DNA of 64,000 nucleotides. It comes from Dudresnaya verticillata (Eukaryota). Below the pieces are notes generated by a model that was not told the DNA's origin, made no database searches, and saw only the letters and a list, made by a program, of their open reading frames with translations. This document shows, in pieces, positions 47,264-59,020 of this stretch. The translations under genes were made by a program, and so were the position numbers. Where the stretch lies: positions 2,170,001-2,234,000 of the forward strand of contig OZ374565.1 in NCBI GenBank assembly GCA_977862235.1. The letters run 5' to 3'. Position 1 is the first letter of the stretch. The number at the start of each line of letters is the position of its first letter.

Positions 47264-47818
47264 ATGAGCAATACTTCTGTTAACATCGGCCACCCTCTCT
47301 ATGGCATTAAATTGCTACAAGTGGAGCAGACTAGAGGGATTGCAAGTACGGGGGAGAAGATCCTACCAGCTGGAAGCAGGGCTGTACTAACGCCAATAAA
47401 TTTATGTACTCCACAATATTTGAATATGGTACGTGCAAAACGCGATTACCTCAAGGAGTCAGAAAAATTCTATTCTGGACAGGCAGCACCGCTCTGGGAT
47501 GAAGGGCGCTATCGCAGGGCTCAAGTCGGCGACATGTTTATGTTTTGCCATAATGCGGGTGACAACAACTTTGCGGAGATATTCAAAATTGTGGACAAGC
47601 TACCAAGTGAAAAAAGGCCTGCGCACTGGGATATACCACAGCACATCAACAGGCAAGTTCTTGTGTTGTCCAAGTATATGGGGTTCTGTAAAGCAACAGA
47701 TCTGGATGAAGCGTGCGGGACTGTAAACACATCTGGAACAATGTGCCTGCGCGGTACTACGCGGCGCCACCTTATCCGCCCGCTTACGTACAGTGTCGAT
47801 GTGGAAGCTCCGCAATAG
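47264..47818 (+). CDS. 184-aa protein, possible EVE/ASCH (PUA-like) fold, copy 2
   Basis: Intact paralog of 40760-41314, same length, TATAAAA at ~47126. Confidence 0.8.
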   Translation: MSNTSVNIGHPLYGIKLLQVEQTRGIASTGEKILPAGSRAVLTPINLCTPQYLNMVRAKRDYLKESEKFYSGQAAPLWDEGRYRRAQVGDMFMFCHNAGDNNFAEIFKIVDKLPSEKRPAHWDIPQHINRQVLVLSKYMGFCKATDLDEACGTVNTSGTMCLRGTTRRHLIRPLTYSVDVEAPQ

Positions 47819-48307
47819 TTGGTATTCAAGTCTTTTCGCCATGCACGTCCCCTAGTCGCATTAGATAGGGATTGTTCAACATAGAACACAAAAACCTGAC
47901 CTGACCTATGCTTCTTGCCAACATTGCAATGTTTTACCTTTTGATTTTACACCATCGCCGTCGTAGAACTGCTACAGCAGATATGGGCCACGGCCCTCCC
48001 ATTCTTTTTGGCATGATGTATTGTTCCAGTTGTTTATTTTTTGTGTTTAGCGAGTCCCTACTTGGGTAACGTGGCCCATCTGCACCCATAACAGCGATAG
48101 TCAGTCTTAATGTGCTTGAAATAAGGATGACTTGTCCGCGTAAGGCCACCTTAAAAATTCAGTAAAGTTTACCATCACAGAACAGTACAGAATAGAGATA
48201 TTACGCAACAACGAAACTCGTTATTTCTCGAATGTGACGCAGAAGCGGTGGGCAGATACTGAGTCGCGAAATGTGATTGTAAAAGGACTTTACGCAAATC
48301 GGAAATT

Positions 48308-49506
48308 ATGTCTACAGCACTACTGCTTGTCCTTCCCGGACCAGACCTCGGACCTCGGACACACATCCCTGCACCTTGGACATGCGCCAGGCCGACTACG
48401 CGATCGGGAAGGCAAGGAGCCGTGTCAGGCGCTGCGAGGCCATACTGCGCTTTTCTATGCAGAGCCCAGCCGTCGCCCTTCAACTACGCTGTGTCCGACG
48501 CTTGCGGTACGCACGCAGCGACGTCATCCTTATCCAACGACACTCCCTGTCCATATCCATCCACAGGTTCAACCTTAACGCATTTGGCGACAATGCGTGC
48601 TTTCGGAACTTACGGTTCAAGCGGGAGGAGCTTCCGCAGATAGTAGACCTCTGTGCGTGGAAACGCAGAATAACAAAACGAAATCGCTACGCCTGCTCAC
48701 CGATGATTGCAGTTTGTGTTATGCTTCGCCGTCTAGCATCACCCAGCCGATGGTGTGACTTGGAGCATATGTTTGGCTTGAGAGCCTCGACCCTCTCTGA
48801 GGTGTTTTGGGAGGTTCTCGAGTCGCTGTACGGCGCACGTAACAGCCTTGTAACTACCTTTAGATGTGCTTTGATGGCGCAGAGGGCACAGGAATATGCA
48901 CAAGCGGTATCTGATGAAGGAGCCCCTCTCGACTCGTGTGTCGGGTTTATAGACTGCACCAAGATACAGATCGCACGGCCTGGGGGGAATGGGATTCTAC
49001 AAAGGAGCGCATACTCCGGTCATAAGCGTTTCCACTGCCTTATCTACCAGACCATAACAACTCCCGATGGGCTTATATTTCACGTGTATGGACCCGAGGA
49101 AGGCTGAAGGCATGACAGCACACTATAAAGGAAGTCTGGAATGGATAGTCTGCTACGAGATGCGCTATTTATTCACGGAAGGCAGTACTGTCTCTATGGA
49201 GATCCGGCGTATGTCCTCCGTCCCTGGCTGCAGGTAGGCTTTCCGTTCCAAAACGCTTCATACGAGCAGCTATTATACAACAAGGGAATTAACAGCGTGA
49301 GGGAGACGGTGGAGTGGAGTTATAAGGAAGTAAAACAGTCGTGGACATCCCAAGACTACCGACGCAATCTTAAAGTCCGTCAAGCTCCCATTGCGGTGCA
49401 GTACATATGTTCCATCATCCTGAGAAATGTGAAGACATGTATGGGCCATGGCGGCCAGGTTTGCAGTCGGTTAGGAATGGCACCGCCGTCGCTCAGTAGT
49501 TACTGA
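48308..49506 (+). pseudogene. Harbinger DDE transposase, disrupted
   Basis: GFIDCT, YSGHKRFHCLIYQ..TPDGLI, G*RHD, LYGDPAY, RETVEW; in-frame TGA at 49105-49107 and a TAA shortly after; probable 5' frameshift. Confidence 0.92.
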
Positions 49507-49752
49507 TCGATGAACTGAATGGTTTATTTAGTTCCACAGTAAAACATTTGAGTCCACACCCAATTGGCGTGCATGTCGCTAGCAACAGATAGCTACCACT
49601 GTGTGCGTCGCGCCTTTCAAGTGTTTCGGTATGCGTGCGTCCAGCCGTTGGTGGGCATCGGAAGCTCACTTAGACCCTGTAACCGTGCTCGTATGGAGAG
49701 ACACGCCAAAGCGAGTGACGAGGGCTCTAGCCCATGATTGTCGTATACGCCA

Positions 49753-50697
49753 TTACCCAAGTTTGCGTGCAAGCGCAGCAAGAAGTTCAATTGTCATTTT
49801 CCGCTCCTGACGTTGTGCAGCTCGATCCTCCGCATCTTGTTCACAGCGCGCTTCTTCTAGCTCGACACGCCTCTCATCAATTGTGATACGGCGTAACGCT
49901 GTTTCGTCCTTTTGTGCGTCACGAAGAGCTTGTCGCTCATCTCGATTGACTTCCATGTCCAAGCGCTTTTGTTCGAGTTCTATACGGGCAGTCTCCGCAG
50001 CTGTTCGGGAATCTGATTCCTCCTTGATCAGTGCCATGTCATCGAGTGCCCACGTGTCGACGCGGCGCTTTTTTGGTGTATCTTCGCCCTCACTTGTTGC
50101 AGCGGGACTCTTGGACCGCCTTCCCAGCCTTTTCATGGCCAAGTCTCGGATTTGATTCCCTGCGCTTAACAGCTGTTGAGCCTTCTCTGCCTTCTCTCCC
50201 TTTTCCAGCGTGTCCTTTTCAGCTTTCTCATCGACCTGATGGATTAGGCCGTCCAGTAGTATTTCGCGCTCCTCAAGAATTTCGGTGATACCGGACGCTC
50301 GCTCGTTGATCTTGTTGGCCGCCCGACGCTCAGTACACAGCTTCTTGAAACGGTCGGCAAGGGACTTAGCCGAGGTCATTGGCTGTGTGCCACCCGCTTG
50401 TGCAACGAATTCCGTCGACTTGATAAACATCGCTCGGACATCTTCGTAGAGTTTACTGCTCTCGCCCCAAGCAGCGATGTGGGCACCAGCCGTGTTTATT
50501 GCCCGCAGCATCACCGTGTCCATGACTCTGGTGAAGCGGAATCGCTTCGTACCAGTCGCCGAAGCTATTTTGAACGGCGCTGACACGGGGTCGACGAGGT
50601 GGGGAGCGACCAGCCCGGGAGGGGCAGCGGAGGGCTGAGGCGTTGATGCAGTGGGCTGCGGCCCGCGTCCATCTTCTTCTCGCTCCCCAATTTCCAT
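49753..50697 (-). CDS. Harbinger ORF2, Myb/SANT-like DNA-binding + coiled-coil protein
   Basis: RFRFTRVMDTVMLRAI...AAWGE...SAKSLADRFKKL, basic NLS, charged coiled coil; intact. Confidence 0.85.
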   Translation of the reverse strand: MEIGEREEDGRGPQPTASTPQPSAAPPGLVAPHLVDPVSAPFKIASATGTKRFRFTRVMDTVMLRAINTAGAHIAAWGESSKLYEDVRAMFIKSTEFVAQAGGTQPMTSAKSLADRFKKLCTERRAANKINERASGITEILEEREILLDGLIHQVDEKAEKDTLEKGEKAEKAQQLLSAGNQIRDLAMKRLGRRSKSPAATSEGEDTPKKRRVDTWALDDMALIKEESDSRTAAETARIELEQKRLDMEVNRDERQALRDAQKDETALRRITIDERRVELEEARCEQDAEDRAAQRQERKMTIELLAALARKLG

Positions 50698-51009
50698 TTC
50701 GGTGGCTGGAGTCTTGATTCTTGGCGTTGGTTGAGGCGGGTTTGTGGCTGCGGTCCAAGCCCAGAACACCTCTAAGTGCCTCGACGCAGATCTCGACGCC
50801 CCCCTCCCATGCTAGAAAATATTGCATTCGTTATATCCGGGGAATAGCATATATTTCAGAAGGCACCAGACGCAAATCTCGTTATTCGACGACAGCTGTT
50901 CTGAACCCTCGCCAACCTTGATTGATTTATCGAGTTTCGTTATTGCGTAATATCTCTAATAAAGTCTCAAAATCGCAGTCCCTTTTTGTGATGATTCAAT
51001 TTTAATGGG

Positions 51010-51634
51010 TTGTTTCAGGTGGTCCTACTGTGGGCGCACCATCTGCCTGCCGACCGGCGCCCCCGGCATCATGGCACGCGCGCCGTACGCTGCTCGCACT
51101 ACCCCTTGTGCCCTGCCCCTCTCTACACCAGCTACTAAAGCACCGGCCTACTCGTACAGCCATTGCCGCAGAGCTTACTACCGTCTGGCGTGCAGCATTT
51201 GCAGGGCTCCGTCCGGCCCCTGTCTGCGACCTGCCCTGCTTCCCCCCAGCCCTTCAATTGCCCGACCACCGCGATCGACTACTGGCAGTTCGTTGGCACC
51301 TCTGCACTTTCCCTATCCCGCCACGCGACACCGCCAAACGCCTGCTCCTCCGCACCCACTCCCAGGGACTCAACAAGCTGGCGCTGCGGGACCCCACACC
51401 ACACGACCTCGCTGCCGTCACTACTACCATCGCTTCCATTCGGGAACTCTGCGCTGCAGAGTATCCGCTCCCCTCGGCCCTCATGTGAACCACTCGTCCC
51501 GCCCTCCCCTAGCCCCCCCTTCATGCCGCCCTTCCCCCATGTCCACCCTGGCACTTAGTGCCGGTGCGCTCGCTAATGGGCCTTAGTCGCCCGCGTGAGA
51601 CCACCTTAAAGAACCAGTAAAAGTTTACCATCAC
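51010..51634 (+). mobile_element. 3' fragment of the non-LTR family related to 11.7-13.9 kb
   Basis: RPAPV...RDRLLAVRWHLCTFPIPP; ends AAAGTTTACCATCAC. Confidence 0.8.
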
Positions 51635-51639
51635 CAACC

Positions 51640-52460
51640 CGGGGGGTTGAGTAGCGTTACTTGGTATCGTTACAGAGCACACCGCGGGGGATATCACTGG
51701 GTCGGGGAGTGGGAGGAAGAGGCCGAGGGAGACCAGGGGGCCGGTAAAGCAGTCGCGCAGAGATCGCGAATGGCACAGATCGTGGTCGAGATAGCAGCAA
51801 GATCAACAGTGGTCGGGTTGGCCTTCGACAACTTGCGGAGGGCCGGTGAGTGAGAACGGAGGGTAGCGCGGTATGATGGGCATGGCGGTGGGATAGGGAA
51901 GGTGAAAAGGTGCCAGCGGATGGCAAAGAGCCGATCGTGGTAGTTGACTACCTAGTCAGGGAGGAGCAGCACAGGAGGGAGGGCGTTGGGGCGTGGCACA
52001 GGCGCAGGGCGGCAACCCGCAAGCGCATCTTCCCACTCCTTACGCTTCTCCGTGAGAGCATCAGCTTGGGGGAGCGGGTCTTGCAATACACGTTGGAGGG
52101 AAGGGGTAGGGACTTTGTGGAGAGCCTGTAGTGTCTTCTGGGCCTGCCAGGATGCACGGGAGCCGGGTGTCCTTGTCAGCCGACGCAGGGATGTGACGAG
52201 TTTTTTCTGCAGTGTCCGCTGCCGCAGTACCGGGCTTTCCGTCTGGAAAAGTGCGCGGAGCTTTCGCAGGCGTTTTCGAGGCATACGGGGCGACCTCTGT
52301 GAGATGATGACGCGGAAGAATTCGGCGTCCAATTCATCAATAGCTCGCAGGATTTCTCTAGTGTAGGGCACAAGCGTGTTTCCATGTTCGGAGAGGGGGC
52401 GGATGACGGTCTTGTACCCTTTTTGTGTTATTGGTATCCCCGCGATTCTTTCTTTGTTCC
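51640..52460 (-). mobile_element. fragment of the same non-LTR family, opposite orientation
   Basis: MPRKRLRKLRALF...LQKKLVTSLRRL...GCRPAPV, homologous to 11788-12348. Confidence 0.8.
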
Positions 52461-53289
52461 CCATCAAAATTTGTCTCTCCGAGACTTAAAGCATATAGTG
52501 AGTTTGCTCAGAGTAGAGACAGCAGGGTGCGACGAAAAACGTCTGTTCGGAGCAGTTTTGAGAGGAGTCCTACCCCGAGCTCACCACAATAATACGGCAG
52601 AAGGTGCACTTCGCTAGTGAATGCGTTTGCATCTAGGCAGATCAGCGTCGTCTGAAGGAATGAAATTTTTTCGAGTCGATGTTGATTCCTATGGTGCCGT
52701 TGGCCCTGGTGCGCACCACACACGTACTTCCATAAATTGGCGGTACGCTTCTGACTACCGAGGGAGCAATCCAGCGGATGAAATGCGAGTCCTTACTACG
52801 CCATTTAATTCTCACTTACTTCGCTACAAAACATCTTTAGCAATTGATCACCGTCGCCTTATCTGATCACTTGAACCACTAGACTAGTCTACGGGGCGAC
52901 TTAGCGCCCTTCTCGCTCCTTGGAATAAACTTTCTTTCTCTCTCTCGTATGGGTCCCGGTAAAACTCTATAACTCTCTCGTAGGTCGTTTTCTACGGGGT
53001 TTTGGCCTGCCCGATGTAACACGTCTTGCCTTAATAAAGTTGTGATTGTGGTGATGATGATGTAGCACTCCACGGAAGTTGGTGTTATTGGTGCTTTGAA
53101 GGCAGTTAATTGCGGAATCTCAAGTCTATATCTTTCAGCATAATGGATACAAATGTTCAGGTATGGCCATTTGACACAGAATGGAGGCACTGACAACATT
53201 TTTTTGAGAATGAATGAAGTTCACATAATAATAACTCAACTTACTAAGTTAGCTTCATCCGCATCATCGAAACAATGCTAACATTGTGG

Positions 53290-53680
53290 CATGCAAAATA
53301 TTCGTGGTGGTGCCTGCTCTGTGTAAAATCACAGATTTAAACTGTGTATGGTACGCTTGGTACCCACAGCTGAAAGCTGATGTCAATGCCTCGATGAAGA
53401 ATCATGCATTCGTCGACTGCGCTTCACTACGTTATTTCTTCTCTTTCCGAGCATTTGTTTTGCAACAGACGTGAAACCGTTTATCACTCACTGTACTAAC
53501 CTCTCCGGGCCCTCTTTTGTTTCTGACAGCTGCCTTCGGGGGCCATGAGGAGATTGTGAACGTCCTTCTTGACGCTGGCGCGGAAAGAAATTCTCTGACG
53601 GACGACAAAATAACCCGCTGTGCCAGGCGGCAATAAAGAACCACAAGAGTGGAGAGAGAGACTTTATTAAAGAACAAGAG
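53290..53680 (+). pseudogene. ankyrin-repeat pseudogene, copy 2
   Basis: LKADVN; TAAFGGHEEIVNVLLDAGA. Confidence 0.7.
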
Positions 53681-53709
53681 AGAAGCCCGTTAAGGGGGCT
53701 TAGAAATCA

Positions 53710-54860
53710 TATGAGATGGAGACCTTTATGCATTGGAAAGACTACAGCCCAGCCCTGTGGGGGCTTACCTAAAACTCGTCTGGAAGGCGACGGTCGAAGA
53801 GTAAACGGTGGTTAACAGCCACCGCGACATATTGAAGTATAAGAGAGGTGAGGTGGGTGAGAAGAGATAGTTTCTCAGATATCGGCGAAGTACCCTTCAT
53901 AGTAGCTAGGAAATTCGCCACTCGCTGAGCGCCTCGATCGAACCCAGAACCAATGGCTCCATAGATGTCCATCACCACAGGATGGAGATATATCCGGTTG
54001 GTAGAACATAAGCGACGATAATGACGGGCTTTCGCTTGCTCGCGCCTGTGAATAGCTTGATGTTGAGAGCGAGGCGTATTGGAAATTATAGTTGGATGGT
54101 GCGGGGTGTCGGGTCACCACAGAGACATCAAACGCTTGCGGGAGGGGGGCAAACGCAGGGTCATCGACATACATATCTATACGAAGATGGTCGCGTCGGT
54201 CTTCTGCCAAACAGTCTTCAGCACGTTGTAATTGACGGGACAGCTTCGCGACGCCTTTCTGAGGCAGTGAGTGCAGAAGACGCCACAACCCGGGAATCCC
54301 CAGTCTCTTTTAGGTAAGAAAAGTTACGTTTAAGGTGAACAGAAACGCCATGGTTCCGAGCAGTATTACGAAGAAAGCCCCAAGTTGATTGCGGAGGGTA
54401 TCATGGCGAAGAATGCTGCCATTTGTACATTTCGAGATCGGCAGATTGTCGCATGGTGTCCAAAGATATCAAGGATTGGAACTTCGGGGGATGTGCCATG
54501 CATTGCATGGAGACAAGCAGGACATGGGCGATCACCACGGAAGATCACGACACCCAGTCTGAGTTTGAGCATGGTGAGCCATATTTCGGGTTGCACACGG
54601 GTGGAAGAAGATGCGTATGGGAGGGCACTGAAAGAGCGGCAAGAGTTCACAGTAGAGGTAGAATCAATCCGTACTCGGGCACGAGATCTATTCTGACCAC
54701 TCATCTGGGACATGAGGTCGTTCAGTCGTGCCGCAATTTTCGTTGAATGTACGGAAGAAGATCTTGTGACATTGCGGGAACAACAGAATCGCCTAATGAG
54801 GATGCTTTCGATAAGATAGAAGAAACAGGGCAGTACTCACGGTCTTCACGGAGTAGTTAT
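53710..54860 (-). mobile_element. CRE/R2-like RLE retrotransposon fragment, copy 2
   Basis: LKLRLG..CPAC...DIFGHHATIC, GSILRHDTLRNQL (after a frameshift), RIDMYV...AFDVSV. Confidence 0.8.
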
Positions 54861-55418
54861 TGTTCACGAATTTGATGAAGAGACGGGGCGACTAAATGGT
54901 GTAAAGTAGACATCATAGAAGTACCACAAACGTAACGCATTAAACAACGCGTAGCATCCCTACATATTAGGTAGTCCCCCTTAACGTAGCACACTATATA
55001 AAGGGCAAGTACGCTTGAAACTTGAAAGAACACAAGCACAGATTGTTCAAAGAAAATCCTCACAACCTGCACTGCGCTACGCCACTGGACCGCACATCAT
55101 ATCGCTCCGAGGCGTCACAGTTTTACTACAGAGCGGAGCACGCCTCCTGCGGCTAGCCTGTTGATTGGCACCAAGTGATCGCAGTAGCCTCCACGGGTAG
55201 TTTGGCCTACTCGATGGAGCGAACACTCACGCAAGTTTGTGCGAGTATGCTCAATTTAGGAACAACGGCCTACACCCAATATGTTTCTGGTGGAGCCTAC
55301 ACTATCTTATTTTCACCGACATTATCCACATGGATACGCAGTTTCTTGTTCCAGTGGACCGGAGTCTTTTCTATCGAGAGGGGAGAAAGCTCTCCAAGCG
55401 CACTGCGCTGTTCTGATT

Positions 55419-55580
55419 GTGATGGTAAACTTTTAATGGTTCATTTAGGTGGTCCCGTTTGGGCGACTTAAAGGCACATGAGCAGGTCATACAGACACAT
55501 CAGGATCAGCTAAAGTGGCAGAGGGCTGTGACGGTAGTGTACCCCGGGGAGGAGAAAAGGACAGCAGCGGTGTGTCCATC
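55419..55580 (-). mobile_element. non-LTR 3' tail fragment
   Basis: Reverse complement ends AAAGTTTACCATCAC; resembles 58613-58750. Confidence 0.65.
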
Positions 55581-56879
55581 TTTGTGTTAAGCTCAGTTTA
55601 AAATCGTCCCGTCGTGAGGGTTGTAAACTAGTAGTGAGCCGGAGGTTGAACAGTTGGTTATGTTATTTATCTCTGCTGGCAGAAAGAATTGTTGGGCATG
55701 TTAGGGATGCTGCTGTGAGCATTGAATTCTCGACTATGAGGTGTAGAACTGTTGCAATTGCAGTACAACGCGTTCATCTTTTCGATTTATACGATATACA
55801 ATAGACTCATTGTAGGCGTCAGAAAAATGAACATAGTCTCGTTCTATGGACTTCAGAACAGGTGAGGTATGGTGCCACCGGTACGAGACGGATATATTGA
55901 TGCATCCTTTCTTCGAGATCTTTTGTAGGAGGGAAGCTTTTGCTGACGGTGCCAATCCCTGTTCCTCTCCATGTCTCCACCTTCAACAGCACTAAACAAT
56001 ATAGCATAGCAATGTTTTGACGATGATCACGTGAAGATTACGCCTCCAGCCTAGTGCGTGGGACAGTAATCGTATGCCCAAACTACGGCTACAGCTCTAT
56101 ATATCGCGGTTGTTATCACAGTTGCAGCGGATGACGCTTACCTAACCTATATCTTGCGTATAGAAGGAAAGACATGACTATGGCGCGAACAGACGAGCAC
56201 AACTACCGTCAAAGTCCCCACTAAAACTTCGCTGCAAAGCCAGGTGAGCTCTGAACCTAGAAGGGTCAAAGTTCTCGCCTGATTTTTAAGGAGTGTTGCC
56301 AGGCTGGTATGCCGTAGCAGAAGCTTCTGTTGTCGGCAGGGGATAAGAAACTGTGAACACGATGTGAACAAGTACTCGTGTGACCATTAGTGGGAACATC
56401 TCTCTCACTACTAGAAAGTAGACAGTACCCAAGTAGTGAGCAGAAGTACAACAAGGAACGATCTTGACAAACGAAATGAAAGACGTCGAGGCTGCAATGC
56501 AGGAAAGAGGGCTGCGGGCCGCGCAAAAATGGTTGGAACTTTATACTTGTCAGGAAGTCATTACTAGTTGCATTGAGTCAGAGAGATGTCAGAGAGATGT
56601 CAGAGAGATGGGGACGTTTATGGTAGTCACAGGTTGTGTCACAACTTGTGACACAATAGTCTGGCAGACAACACGAAACACTGATTGTCCATGACGCATA
56701 GTCTATCGCTTTTCCAACAAGACAGATGCACCTGACAAACGCGTTAACAGAAAGGGATAAGACTATGGCAATAAGATTGCGGATGCTGCAAAACATAGAC
56801 TATCAGAATGATCAGACATTTACTGCAGTCATTTTGATTCATAGCCGTCGCTTAATGTCAATATACAATCTAAATGAGC

Positions 56880-57875
56880 TCAAAAGTCGAGAGGGGCAGC
56901 TGTGTCCTCGTACGCAAAATGAAAGTGGTCACCTACATGGGTTTCCTTGAACAGACGGACGTCGATGTCATCGGCAAACCTCACCTTCTTCGGACGGGAC
57001 CCCTGGGGCTTGCGGTTGTGCTTTAAAAGGCGCTCATCGGTTGGTCTATTTCTGCCATCCTTTAGAACTGCTCTCTCCGCCTGCCTCCGCCTGTGCCACC
57101 TTTTGGGCGCAGATGTTCTGCGGGCTTTCTCCCTGCGAGGAACGTCCTCTTCCAGTGGAGATTCTTTTTTGTGTCTTTCCCTGCGCCGTATCTTTTCCTC
57201 GAGACGCTGCTGATTTTTTCGCTCCTTGGTCCCAGTACGGTCCGCGTTGCGGTTCTCTCGCAGTGGCATTCGCGCTGCATCTCGCTCATGGTCTTTACGC
57301 TCCTTGATCTCATTGCGGTCCGCGTTGCGTTTCTCTGGCAGAGGCAGTCGACCTGCATCTCGCTTTTGTTCTCGTTCCTTGTTACCAATACGGTCCGGGT
57401 TGCGGTTCTCTCGCAGTGGTATTCGCGCTGCATCTCGGTCGTGGTTTTTTCGCTCCTTGATCTCATTGCGGCCCGCGTTGCGTTTCTCTGGCAGAGGCAG
57501 TCGACCGGCATCTCGCTTTGGTTCTCGTTCCTTGTTACCAATACGGTCCGGGTTGCGGTTCTCTCGCAGTGGTATTCGCGCTGCATCTCGGTCGTGGTTT
57601 TTTCTCTCCTTGGTCTCAACACGGCCCGGGTTGCGTTTCTCTGGCAGAGGCAGTCGACCGGCATCCCGCTTTTGTTTTCGGTCTTTGTTACCATTACTGT
57701 CCGGGTCCCTGTTAGCATGCCTAGGGCGTTGCTGATCGTGTTGAGCGTCCTTTGGGGAAGAGGCCTTCTGGACAATGTCGCTAGTTTTGCCTACACGATT
57801 ATTGAACCAGGCGGGTGCGTCTGGGAACGAGCGCTTAAAGTGGGGGAAGCCAGAAAAGAGAGTCTGGCGAGGCAT
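56880..57875 (-). CDS. highly charged repeat protein with a KKVRF motif
   Basis: AAAATG start at 57875; ~3 copies of a 51-aa repeat; R/K/E/D-rich. The repeats also keep other frames open, so coding status is uncertain. Confidence 0.5.
   Translation of the reverse strand: MPRQTLFSGFPHFKRSFPDAPAWFNNRVGKTSDIVQKASSPKDAQHDQQRPRHANRDPDSNGNKDRKQKRDAGRLPLPEKRNPGRVETKERKNHDRDAARIPLRENRNPDRIGNKEREPKRDAGRLPLPEKRNAGRNEIKERKNHDRDAARIPLRENRNPDRIGNKEREQKRDAGRLPLPEKRNADRNEIKERKDHERDAARMPLRENRNADRTGTKERKNQQRLEEKIRRRERHKKESPLEEDVPRREKARRTSAPKRWHRRRQAERAVLKDGRNRPTDERLLKHNRKPQGSRPKKVRFADDIDVRLFKETHVGDHFHFAYEDTAAPLDF
57226..57710. repeat. 153-bp higher-order tandem repeat (78+75-bp subunits), ~3 copies
   Basis: CGGTCCGGGTTGCGGTTCTCTCGCAGTGG recurs at 57391 and 57544, with a variant at 57238. 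Confidence 0.9.
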
Positions 57876-58241
57876 TTTGGTGTACTCACGATCGTGCAAG
57901 GTGTAGACTTGCTCGCGCGGTGCTTCAGGTCTGGCTTTTATGCCGCATGGTGGTGCTACAAAGCTTGACGTTCGTACCTTTATTCTCCAAAATCTTCACA
58001 CCCTCCGAGCCAAAGCCATTGCATATTACCCTCAAAGGCTGCCAAATTATCATATTCTGTAACCCGTCGCCCAGCAAATAAACTCCTTCGTCTCAACAGC
58101 TGTCCTTCACTATTGGAGAGAACAGAGGTTAGGGAGGACCACCCAGGTGTTCCTTGTGATAAATTTCACGAGTAACACAATGATGGATAACGAAACTTTA
58201 CAACTTTCTCTTTAGTCTTGTTTTACTGAGTAAATGTTCAT

Positions 58242-58308
58242 CTCTCTCTCCATATATACCTCTCTCTCTCTCTCTCTCTCTCCTGCTCTCTCTCCCTCTC
58301 TCTCCCTC
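58242..58308. repeat. (CT)n microsatellite
   Basis: Imperfect CT run. Confidence 0.85.
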
Positions 58309-58612
58309 CTTATCGCTCATGGAAATAGCCCCGCTCCTCATCTAAAATGTTGTAGTAAAACTCTACAAACTCTATCCCTCTCTCTTTATCGACTGGTGTT
58401 AGTGACGTTAAATATTTACCGAAACAGTATGAACCGGTGTTAGTGATAGCAAACCTGACGAGGACAGTGTACAGGGTCTGAGGCACCCGTGTCACAGCGG
58501 GATAGTGTTTTTAGCTATGCACAATGGGTACGCAGTTTCTTCTTCCAGTGGACCGGAGTCTTTTCTATCGAGAGGGGAGAAAGCTCTCCAAGCGCACTGC
58601 GCTGTTCTGATT

Positions 58613-59020
58613 GTGATGGTAAACTTTTAATGGTTCGTTTAGGTGGTCTAAAGGCCCAAGTGCAGGCACACTAGGGCCAGCTGCAGTGGCAGAGGGCTGC
58701 CACCGTAGTGTACCCCGGGAAGGGGAAAAGGACAGCGGTGGTGTGTCTACGATTGGGAGGATGACGGCGTGTTCAGAGAGGGAAACGGAGCGGATGGCGG
58801 CGATCGTACTGGCAATGGTGTGTAGATAGTCGTGGGTGGCGCCTGGCTTGGAGAGCAGATGGAGGGCTTGCGAGTGGGTTCGGAGTGTTGCACGTTTGGT
58901 AGGGCAGGAAGGGGGAATGGGGAAGGTGCTCAAAATGCCAGCGGATGGCCAGCAGTCTGTCCCGGTAGTCGGCGAGTCGCAGGCGGCGCCCTATTAGTAG
59001 GGCTTCCTTCCAGGCTCTTG
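58613..59020 (-). mobile_element. 3' fragment of the non-LTR family
   Basis: RDRLLAIRWH, STFPIPP...LRTHSQ; same 3' terminus. Confidence 0.8.

Larger units (their letters stand above)
48194..50957. mobile_element. complete PIF/Harbinger DNA transposon
   Basis: 27-bp TIRs AGAGATATTACGCAA(C/T)AACGAAACTCG, 3-bp TSD AAT, convergent transposase and Myb/SANT-like ORFs. Confidence 0.95.
39183..55330 (+). repeat. tandem segmental duplication: copy 1 ~39183-45659, copy 2 ~45660-54920, stub ~54921-55330
   Basis: GTACCACAAACGTAACGCATTAAACAACGCG restarts at ~39186, 45661 and 54921; collinear internal blocks with copy-specific insertions. Confidence 0.9.

Noticed and set aside
57062..57968. 291-aa hydrophobic plus-strand ORF and 237-aa alternative frame
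   Set aside because: Open frames created by the stop-free tandem repeat; no independent support.
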